DNA of 64,000 nt from Lama glama (Eukaryota), in the NCBI GenBank assembly GCA_028534125.1, contig CM052816.1:16370001-16434000 (forward strand), given 5' to 3'. Position 1 is the first letter of the stretch. Each line of letters starts with the position of its first letter. The notes beneath the pieces are model-generated. The model did not search any database, had not been told where the DNA came from, and was given only the letters and a program-made list of their open reading frames with translations. Shown piece after piece: positions 53,299 through 64,000 of this stretch. The position numbers and the translations under genes are program-made.

Positions 53299-56222
53299 TA
53301 ACAAGAAGTGGAACAGAATCAGCTCCCATGGGAGTTCAAGCTTAGCAAGTCACTTTTCAGCAATACGGGGTCAGTATCTCCACAGCAACTATAATGTTGA
53401 CGTGCAGCTATAAGCCATTCCTACTAAAAGTCATCTTATTCTCTTTGGGCTGAATTTTTGTCATTGATTTTCACTGCATTGAATGTTCAATTTTTTTTTT
53501 TTGCATGCATTAAGTACATGTTGCCATCTCTAGCCCAGAGCACACTAAGAGGGTTCTCAGGGAATGACTTCAGCAACCAAGACTGCTAGCACCTAGCCAA
53601 TATACATGCAAATTCATTCTTTTAATTTAGCCAGTTGGGTCAAAGAATTCACTAAAATTAAAAGAGATTCTTCAAGTAAACATCAATAGCTATCTTAACT
53701 CCTAATCCTATCCTATACAAATGGCTTTTGTATAACCTATGGCCATCTATTCAGATAGGAGGAAACTTATCTAAATAGAAAGCTACTCAAAAAGTAGAAA
53801 GGGAGAAGCAGGAAGGACAAATCCAAACTTGGCTCTATTTCAGAATAAAAAACGAAGCCTGCCACGCAGAGGGTGAGGGAAACATGAACATGATGAAGTC
53901 ACTGGCAGGTTAGAATAAGAAAAGCGCTTGGCAATATAAATTTCCATCGAACTATGCATTAATCAAGACTTCAGGTAAGTTCTGTTTGGTTTGGATTGGT
54001 TTGATGTCTACAGTAGGTGAAATAAAAGATCTTCATGGTTTAAATGTACCTCTGCTCAAACTTCTGGTAAGATTTTCCCTCACCTAATGTCCAACTAAGG
54101 TGCTTAATCTTCTAGTCCTGGGCACAGAATACAATGCTAGCACAACAGAATTAGGCTGTCATGTGACCCTAATCCTCCCACCGCTGCCTCCACCCCCCTA
54201 TCCCCCACAGCAACAACTGCCAAAAAGCACATGCCTCCAAAACTAGATGAAGAAATTCTAAACTTTGTAAGTTATAGCATCAAAAGGAACACAACTCATC
54301 ATCACCAGTGTAAGCATCACTCCTCCCTACTGCTTTCTCAGTCATGCTTACTAAAGAAAACAAAAGGACTTTTAAAAACAAAATCAGTAGAGGGCAAGGA
54401 CAGGAACATGGATCCAGTGAAAAATAGGGATTCTGTATGCCTAATGTGGACAGTCGACTTTTCAAAAGGCTTCTGAAAGAAAGATTCTCAGCAACACAGA
54501 TACTTATTTACATTCAACAGTGGCCCCCCCTCCCCCCGTGATTTCACCACGACTCTAAGAGCCTATAACTTTGAATGCTCTCAGATCCTCCGGCTCTACC
54601 TGGGACAATCAACTACTCTTTAGCCCACCTCTAACATGACAGGTTGGTAAGGCCATCAATTCTTACATATTCTGTCTGTCTCTCTCAGATAGGCTCTGTT
54701 TCTTGGAAAGATAACAAGCTAATGTTTAGCACTAAGCCCCAGTAGTTTTTCCACTTTTTCAAAGAGCAAATTTAAAAAATTTAAAATAGACAATCTTTAC
54801 CTCCAAATATATGCATGCTTGAAAGCAGTAAACAACTCGAGAACTGATCATTATCCTCTCCCATCCTTCTTTCCTCCTGCCTCCAAAAACAGGAGAGTAA
54901 AACCCACTTACTCTGATACAGGTCTTGATACAATAGAGGCTCAAGTATGTGGCTGTCAACTAAGAACCCTAAAAGGTTCTCAGCAGGGGATATACTCAGA
55001 CCCACAAAATCTAGGACCTCTACCCTAAAAACTGCTATCACTTTTTGATAAATATGAGGAGATTCTCCAAATAGCAATGGTCAAAACTGGCAGCAACAAG
55101 GTTTATTTTGACAATCTTCTCCATAGCACCTCTGTGCAACACCTCTGGGTGCCGAGGAATTAAAATTTTTGGAGTCAGGTATGATTAAAGAAACATTAGG
55201 CATTTTAGCATAAAGCAAAATCAAACTCCCTGTCTACCACAAAAAAATAGAAGACTTCATGTTATATTATCTATACATCTGTTTCTTCAAGTGGGAAAAT
55301 AATTTTCCCTAATCAGCAACATATATTAAAAGCAAACTTTCATACAAAGTAATGCAGATAACTACAACACCTAAGCCCTGCTGCTTGGCTCACTTAATTT
55401 GCTTAAGACCATTTCCAGAGAGGACAGACAGGTTAGATTTTACTTCTCCTTTGCCTTGTCATGAACAACTAACGCAGCAAGAATTGAAACAGATGATATG
55501 AAGAGCACCTTCCAGAGGTTGTACTGCCACTTTAATTAAGTCAAAGGCATATGTATGCAGAATAAAGCTGCTCTAAAATGAAACCAAGAAAAAGTTTCAT
55601 TCAGAAAGAACATGGGTTTCTTTTTAGTCCTTTTAGCTAAAGAAAGATGAAGATTCAAAAATGATACAAAATTCCATCAATGGAAACTGTGTAATCCACC
55701 AATTTTAAGACAAACACTATGTCTTCTTTGATTCCACAGACTATAAACCTTTTGAACCCAAAGAGAGGGCAAGTGGGCTGGTGGCCTAGAGGGACTGTGC
55801 TCTGAGTACTGTGATACAGCAGGCTTTACTGCCCACGTCTTCAGATGCATCAAAAAATAATTACTCTTGATTGCATTGGTGCTTTTCTGGGCAATTTCCC
55901 TTGCCCACAAATCTGTTATAATAGTACTGGGATAATATAATTTAAGGATTTTCCATTTGTTAGTATGTAAGAAGTAGGCCAAGCAGACAAGAGAGCAAAA
56001 AAGGAACAAACAGTCTAGGGGGAAGGAAATGCTTTTCCTTCTAAATTTTCATATACAACTCATACTTAATCATGGTTGTTCTAATCCAATTGATTCTAAC
56101 GCTTTTCTCCTCGTGGATCTAATGTGGTTACTTCAGGGAAGAATTTAATCCAGCTCCTACTGCCTCTCAAAGGCTTTTTTCATCAGAGGGTGGCTAACTT
56201 CAATAGAGCAAGGACTTCATAT

Positions 56223-56265
56223 ATAAATAAATAAATAAATAAATAATAACTAAATAACTAACTAA
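56223..56265. repeat. (TAAA)n/(TAAC)n simple repeat
   Basis: ataaataaataaataaataaataataactaaataactaactaac. Confidence 0.85.
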
Positions 56266-58334
56266 CAGAAACCACCCTTATCAGACTTCCCTCTTTGGAA
56301 GTTTTCAGAGCAAGTTCCTACAGAACAGTAACTCTGAAACCTAGGGTCACAGATTCTATAAGAATTGGATTATTTTCTATCTACAGAAAAAGGCACTAGC
56401 AACAAAATTCTACAAGCCAATTTTGGACCTAGGATAAAAACTTCTAGCCTAGAGAGAGACAGCCTTCAGAAAGGATCGAGGTCACTGGGGGAGTAGCATC
56501 CTTGAAGTCTAAAACAGGACTTCTCTCTCCCTTCCTTAACCAGTAAGCAGGAAAGCAGTGGGGATACAAGTCCCTGAGAATAAGGGGTTCCACTCATCGG
56601 CAACTTCGGCTTGGGGACTTCTCTTCGGCCTGGGGAAGTGGTCTTAGAACTGCACTGCAGTATAGGACTCTGCCTGTCAACTTTTCCTTCCTCTCTCCTC
56701 TCAGAGGTGTCAAATACGCTCTGTGGTCTAAAGATGCTATAGACCTCAGAGTATTTCTGCTGTCTTCTCTCTCCCTTTACACTTTCCAGGCATTTCCCCC
56801 AAGAAATTCTTAAACTTCTAATCCTATCACAGGGTCTACTTCTAGGAAAAGCCAAACTACACACCTGAATTTGCTGCCATTTCCACAGAGCCCTGAGGGA
56901 GGCACCTTGGAGTCTTCTAGTCCTCACTCCAGTGTCACATTCCAATACAAACTACACCCCTTAAGATAATCACTTCTTAGACTTGCCCAGAGGGATGAAG
57001 CCACTGGAAGCCAAGAGGCTGGTGATGTTCTGGTTTCACAGACGCCATGGGTAGTTTTGAGATTTCTGCCTACAGGTCTGAGACAAGAACCACTAAGAGT
57101 TAAGAGCCAATGGTATGGGAGAAACGGCATGGAGCGCCAAATCAAAATGTCAGATGTATACAGGCCTTACTTTTTGTCAGGCCTGAAAATATAACTCTGA
57201 CTCATGCCAGAAGTATCTTTCATGTTTATAGAACACTAAACATGGAACTGTACATTCATGACCAAATTCTGAAAAGTGACACTGTTTGACAGGGATTAGA
57301 TAGTGTTAGGTCAAGTTAAAAACAGCCAAAGCAAAAATCCCATTCCTAAGTGTAAGTGATCTTTTGTACCCCCTAGAAAGATTCTAACAACAGTTAGTAA
57401 AAGACTCAAAGTCAGTTCTTTAGGGTGCCAGTAGGCTCTTTTAAGTGTGCAAATACTCTATTGTTTGAGGGCCACAATGCCCCAAACTCAGTTATCAGCT
57501 GACGCTTTTAGTTGAAGGAGTGGGTGAGATTCTGAGATAAATACAAGAGATCATGTCAGAATCCAGTCATGCTGTGTCACCTGTTCTAAATCATTTCTAT
57601 TCCACTGTTAACATTTAGGGCATGCAGTATTAAATGGCTGTATCAACCTACCCTTTTCTCCTACTAAGACATTCAAAGATCAAATAGCATTATTTCCTAA
57701 TCAGCATTGTGATAAAGCATTATTGTAAAACAGGACAGGAGAAGAAATCTTTTTAACTAGCTTTCTCCTCATATTTTCAAAAAGCAAAATAATCAAAGGT
57801 TTCATTTTCCAAGCTTTTTTTTTTGGCCCTTTATTCTTGGTTTATGATGTTAAACTCTTAATGACAAAGAAGCCAAGCTCACTTAGCTAGTTTACCAACA
57901 CATCTGAAGCAAATCATAGTCATACTTCTGTTTTAACCAAGCATGACGACAAGGTGATTGACTAGCTTTCCAAACTACCAGAGCAGCAGGCACTACCTTT
58001 CACAGGCTGCTGTTAAATCAGCACTTCATAAATCGTGCAGGCTCCTGCCCATTTAGATGATCTCTCTATGCAGAATCGACAGTCTAACACTGGCTCTCCC
58101 AAGCATTAAAAAATGATCACTCTGCTAGCCCAACTCACTGTTCAGACGGGTCTTCCTGAATGCAGCCTTTATTACAACCTCACTGCTGCTTCCTACACTG
58201 AAGGAATACCATGTTTTTAAGTCAGGAGTTCTTTCTCGCTTATTATAATCAGGGGGTCTTACAACGACCCCGATACTGTTACAAAGCACAGTGCTTTATA
58301 ACAGTAAAGCTTCTGGAAAACCCAAACAAAAGAC

Positions 58335-58362
58335 ACGTCACCCGGTGACGTCAGCCTATATA
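58335..58362 (+). promoter_or_regulatory. LRRTM2: LRRTM2 promoter: full CRE TGACGTCA (58346-58353), inverted half-CRE and TATA-like TATATA (58357-58362)
   Basis: Sequence acgtcacccggTGACGTCAgccTATATAc about 470 nt upstream of the ATG. CREB regulation of Lrrtm2 is recalled from the literature. Confidence 0.75.
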
Positions 58363-58823
58363 CAGTTCTGTGTGGTCGCAGCACATAAGCAAATCCATTC
58401 TTGTGCCGTTTCTCGGAAAAGCTTTTCAGTAAATGCACTCATGCTGCTCCAGGAGCTCTTCTCTGCAACAAGCCGCCCATCTGCCATCAACAAGTTAAGA
58501 CCGAGAGAACTAACGGCTGCAGAAAGGAGAGACTGAAGCTTTGATTAACCAGCTGAGCAGTTAGAGGAAGACAAAATTAATAACTTACATTCAAAACTGA
58601 TTTAGGTGATCAGCGTGGTCACAGAAAATGAAACCATTGCTTTCGAGAGGAATATCCTAAGAAAAAAACAACTCACCCTGGTGGATTCAATTTTACTAAG
58701 AAAGCCTGGGACACAGAAAACAGGAAACTGCTCAAAGGCTCCTGCATATTAGAGCCTTTTACAGACTCACTGCGTTGAGTCTAACAACCGCGACTGAATG
58801 CAGCCTCCAATGTGCTCAGAAGA

Positions 58824-58827
58824 ATGG
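58824..58827 (+). CDS. LRRTM2: LRRTM2 first coding exon segment (ATG G), followed by a 346-nt intron at 58828-59173
   Basis: agaATGG|GTAAGT gives a strong Kozak context and consensus donor. Splicing to ctgCAG|GC at 59174 yields MGLHFKWPLGAP in frame with ORF 59206. Confidence 0.93.
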
Positions 58828-59173
58828 GTAAGTCCATTTATTTATGTGTTTCGTATAGTCAGCAAGGAATCATGCTTAAAAATAAGAAGCCACTGATTTC
58901 ACATTTTATGAGGGAATCACGTCATTTTTGGATTTTGACGTTTAGGTAAAAGCATATAAATACTGCTGATGACAGGACATGTTTTATGTTCTTTTTTAAT
59001 GGTTTAAGTTTTGCTCTAGTCATAAAACAAGGTTAGTTTTTCTGCAGCAAATGAAAAATAAGTTACATGCAGTGAAATCTTTTGCCATAATGTTATGCTG
59101 TTGTTGTTTTAAGCTCATACGTTCTGCTGAAAAATATCCCATGTTCTTGTTTTTCTTAAACTATATTCTGCAG

Positions 59174-60720
59174 GCTTACATTTCAAGTGGCCATTAGGGG
59201 CCCCTATGCTGGCAGCAATATATGCAATGAGTATGGTTTTAAAAATGCTGCCTGCCCTGGGTATGGCGTGTCCACACAAATGCCGCTGTGAGAAGCTGCT
59301 CTTCTACTGCGACTCTCAGGGCTTCCACTCAGTGCCAAACACCACAGACAAGGGCTCTCTGGGCCTGTCCCTGAGGCACAACCACATCACAGAGCTCGAA
59401 AGAGATCAATTTGCCAGCTTCAGTCAACTTACCTGGCTCCACTTAGACCACAATCAAATCTCAACAGTAAAAGAAGATGCTTTTCAAGGACTATATAAAC
59501 TTAAGGAATTAATCTTAAGTTCCAACAAAATATTTTATTTGCCAAACACAACTTTTACCCAACTGATTAACCTGCAAAATTTGGACCTGTCTTTTAATCA
59601 GCTGTCATCTCTGCACCCAGAGCTCTTCTATGGCCTCCGGAAGCTGCAGACCTTGCATTTACGGTCCAACTCCCTGCGGACTATCCCAGTACGCCTGTTC
59701 TGGGACTGTCGTAGTCTGGAGTTTCTGGATTTGAGCACAAACCGTTTGCGAAGTTTGGCTCGCAATGGATTTGCGGGATTAATCAAACTGAGAGAGCTTC
59801 ACCTAGAGCACAACCAGCTGACAAAGATTAATTTTGCTCATTTCCTACGGCTAAGCAGTCTGCACACGCTCTTCTTACAATGGAACAAAATTAGCAACTT
59901 GACATGTGGGATGGAGTGGACCTGGGGCACTTTAGAAAAGCTAGACCTGACTGGAAATGAAATAAAAGCCATCGACCTGACAGTGTTTGAAACAATGCCT
60001 AATCTTAAAATACTCCTCATGGATAACAACAAGTTAAACAGCCTTGATTCCAAGATCTTAAACTCCCTGAGATCCCTCACAACCGTCGGCCTCTCTGGCA
60101 ATCTGTGGGAATGCAGCCCTCGAATATGTGCTTTGGCCTCCTGGCTGGGCAGTTTCCAAGGTCGGTGGGAGCATTCCATCCTATGCCACAGCCCTGACCA
60201 CACCCAAGGAGAGGATATACTAGATGCAGTCCATGGATTTCAGCTGTGCTGGAATTTATCAACCACCGTCACTGCCATGGCTACAACTTATAAAGATCCA
60301 ACCACTGAATATACAAAAAGAATAAGCTCATCAAGTTATCATGTGGGAGACAAAGAAATCCCAACTACTGCAGGCATAGCAGTTACTACTGAGGAACACT
60401 TTCCCGAACCAGACAATGCCATCTTCACTCAGCGGGTAATTACAGGAACAATGGCTTTATTGTTTTCTTTCTTTTTTATTATTTTTATAGTGTTCATCTC
60501 CAGGAAGTGCTGCCCTCCCACTTTAAGAAGAATTAGGCAGTGCTCAATGATTCAAAACCACAGGCAGCTCCGATCCCAAACACGACTCCATATGTCAAAC
60601 ATGTCAGACCAAGGACCGTATAATGAATATGAACCCACCCATGAAGGACCCTTCATCATCATTAATGGTTATGGACAGTGCAAGTGTCAGCAGCTGCCAT
60701 ACAAAGAATGTGAAGTATAA
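59174..60720 (+). CDS. LRRTM2: LRRTM2 main coding exon: leucine-rich repeat transmembrane neuronal protein 2 (516 aa in total)
   Basis: 504-aa ORF plus 12 N-terminal residues. Shows a signal peptide, LRRNT cysteines, tandem LxxLxLxxN repeats, LRRCT (NLWECS...LC...C), a TM helix (VITGTMALLFSFFFIIFIVFI) and a C-terminal ECEV PDZ ligand. Confidence 0.99.
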
Positions 60721-63700
60721 TGTCTACCCATCGTCAAAAATTACATCAGATAAGTAACCTATTTTACATAGTAGGGGCTAAATACATATCTAATTTTTAC
60801 CAATGGTGACATTAAGCCTAATTTTTCCAAACCAAGTGGAGACTTAAGTTTTTGAAGTGTTGAAGTATTTTTAATTTTTTTTAATGAAACCATATTTTAA
60901 GTGTTAAATGAAGCAATGCTCACATTAATTTGCACTCGTGTTGGAAATTCTAAAAATGCTTACTTCAAAATAAGACATTTCATACATGTAATTATATACT
61001 ATCATGTGTAAACATTTACACTAAGATCTCCATATGCTAATTTTTTCTACTGAAAACAGTTTGGAAAAAGCAGAAAGAGATATGGATCAATACTTGTTTG
61101 ATTACTGCTCTCCACCCTAAGTACCACAAATGGCTTGCTGCTTAAAGGAGACTTAGCAAAGTTCTCTTGTATCATAATTTGGTATTTACTCAAACCTAAA
61201 ATTTACAGCCAGTGTGGGAAGTAGAATTTCATGTATGCAGAAGACTGGTCAATATTAAACACTCTTCTTCCAGAGTTTTTGCCTGTGTTAGTACATATTA
61301 TCAAAGTCCACATCATGAAATCAGAACTATTTATGTAATTTTAATAAGCTGAGTGACACATTTAAACAATGAATCCAAGTGATTGTGAAAAGGTCTCATT
61401 ACAATGAAATCAATACTAAGTAATTCCACTGACTGTATCATACATCTCTAGTTTCACTTATAATGGACATGTTGATTTTTGTGGCATTTAGATAATTATT
61501 TTAAACTAGTACTAAATTACCATTTTACTAATTAGTTTACTAAATTCTACACTTACATTTATAGGTGAAAAAAGATAGAAATTATTTGGGGAGAAGAGAT
61601 AAACTGAGTCAATTTAATAATCCTATGACCTGCTGCTCCCTTGAGTTTGAAAGCACACAGAAATATACTCTCTTCCTCCCTCCCTCAACTGTCATGATCA
61701 AAGATGCTCTGCAAAGGGGTTTAAACCTCTTTCGTCTGCCTTTTCCTGATTTTCAAGCCTCAGAGTGTCAAATTTAAAATAACTGGCTAGCAACAGATGC
61801 AACACTGATTCCTGTCAGAACATGTTTTAAAGGAACCATGAAAAATGGTTATATGCTAAATTTTGACCTCTTAATAAACACCTATTTGCACTGTAAAAGC
61901 ATGTTTCCAAGTGAAGGGGACAACACATACCTGAGGCAAACCTTCTTGAGGTGGGACACTCTACGTGCCTATGCAACCACACAGTGGTAACTTGAAGGTG
62001 CCACGGGAGGTGAGGGGATGAAAGAGAAAGGCAGCATTTTGAAATCTGACTCTTGCAGAAACAGGTTAGCAAAGTTAAAAGGTAGCCAAAGGAGGCAAAT
62101 GGGTAACTGTACACGATCTGCATCAAACAGGGCAAGGCCCTGGGACCTGCAGCTGAAAAGGGGAGAGGAGGTTCTCCCCTATTAATATAAATGTTCTGTG
62201 ATTAACAAATGATAATGATGCCGCACTTTTCATGCAGAAAAGAGCCACAAGTATTTTGTTTCATCAATCATTATTTCTACAGAGAACCTATGACATATTT
62301 AGGATTTAGATGCAAGTTACCAATTCCTACAGAATTTTTCCATAAATAAGGTTCCATGTATGTAGTTGCAAAAACCATGAAATTAGACTACTGACTTGAC
62401 TTTAGAAGAATGGCCATTTTTACAACTAACATTAACTGATGTGAAAAAGGGCATAATCCTTAGAGAAAACCATAAAACCACCATAAAAAAAAGTTACCTT
62501 TTACTTAACATGCTATCCTTCATTCAAAGCATATTTCTTCCCAGGCCTGAACTGAAAACATGTTAAGATTATAGTTTAACCCATGAGGTTTAATACTAAG
62601 AGAGGGATGTCTACCTACATTTCAAAGAAAATGTGTCTCAGTGAAAAGCAGACAAGATCACATATTACTGTAAAATTGTGCTCTCTACATTTTTTTTTTT
62701 TGTTTAAAGGGAGACAGATTAGCTTGGCAAAGTCTCAGTCCATCTCAGCTGATCTTGAGCAGTGAGCCTTTCATTTCTTGTTAACCCAGACCCTGGGACT
62801 GCCTCGGCAGGGACAGAAGCTGATTTTCTGGCAGAGAGCACAGCTCACAGCTTCCTTACAGAAGGGCTTGATCAGAAGCCCCCATTACAAATGAGAACTC
62901 CACAAGCTAAAATTTACCAACCCATTCATCAGGGTAGCCATGGCCATTTGTCAGGGAAGAGCTCTGTCACAATACAACTGTGTCCTGAGCACACAAGAGT
63001 CCCCTAGCCCTGAAGGATAGCAAAGAAGTAGTTTCCATCATTTCAACCACAACCCTAAATTAACTGAAACTGTGAGAAGGGTGAGAAATACTGGCTGGGA
63101 ATGCCCACATTAATCCTAAAGATTACAGTTAGTAAAATGGACTATCAATTGGCTAAATTCTTAATGTACGCAGAAGAGTCAATTGGAAAGGCAAGCCATT
63201 TAGTAATTCAGGGAAATAGCATACTTAAGCCACCAAGGCAGTTGGGAGGGGAAAAAAAGAAAAAAAAAAAAACAGATTCTTTTGCCCTTCATTTTCTGAG
63301 TAATGCTCTCTGAGAAAAGTGAGTAACAGTGCCAAATAGCATTACCCTTTTTCATTTAAAGTGCAAACTTCCCTTTTCAATTGCCTATAGAAGGCAAGAC
63401 TCCTTTTAATTTCAATCTATTTCTGTTTTGGTATCAGCACAGGTTTGAAGATGAGACTGTTAGTCATATGTGCTCTCTTTACCAACTGGCTCGGGTGGAA
63501 ACGCATCACAACTACACTGCAGATCCTGGTAATACAATGTTAGGCCTTTCATTTTTTGGTGTCGTTTTATTTTCTTCAACACCTCACCCACCCCCCCAAC
63601 TTTCCTTTTAAATTTTCTGGGTTAAAGGGAAACGACCACTTAATCAAGAACCAGAAAGTAATTAAATCTCTCTGGAAAAGGAGAGCTAAAGAAGGCTATG

Positions 63701-64000
63701 ATACTGCACCCACATAGTAACCAACAGCTAGTCTGGAATCATTTATATTCATTTCTGTAGCTTGCCAGGGATTTCAATCACCTTTCTGAAATGAGAGTGG
63801 GCTGATAAATTTGCAAATCCACACACAACTAAGAGAATACCCATTGCCAACATCAAATAGCAAAGATACTAATTTTTTAAGCCAAAAATCTGCACTAACA
63901 CATGTAATTTCTTAATGTGCCTAAGTTAATTTCTGTACCAATTCAATGAATGGAATTGATTGAACTTCCCAACTCCACTAATTATTAAAATCCATCTGCT

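Noticed and set aside
56466..56945. 159-aa minus-strand ORF near the LRRTM2 promoter
   Set aside because: No recognisable protein features or supported splice structure; a chance ORF is the simplest explanation.
59838..60262. ORFs antisense to LRRTM2
   Set aside because: Expected by-products of the sense-strand coding sequence.

Overview
This is mammalian genomic DNA, most likely camelid, inferred from five copies of a tRNA-Ala-derived SINE resembling the camelid Vic-1 family. The minus strand carries the 3' part of CTNNA1 (alpha-E-catenin): 11 coding exons equivalent to human exons 8-18 from 46952 down to the stop at 3726, all with GT-AG boundaries and a continuous reading frame, plus a 3' UTR with three AATAAA signals. 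The plus strand carries the complete LRRTM2 coding sequence (516 aa, split ATG-G first coding exon), nested antisense in the large intron upstream of CTNNA1 exon 8, with a CRE/TATA promoter. The rest is intronic or intergenic sequence with L1, L2, MIR, MaLR/ERVL LTR, hAT and SINE relics and simple repeats. The overall architecture is known from other mammals and I see no convincing new system. The best leads are a structured candidate cassette exon in the last CTNNA1 intron, a near-perfect copy of the exon 17 donor region in intron 16, a uORF overlapping the LRRTM2 start, a 68-bp VNTR just past the CTNNA1 poly(A) signal, and several minimal retroposition scars. Repeat family names and boundaries are by eye and approximate.
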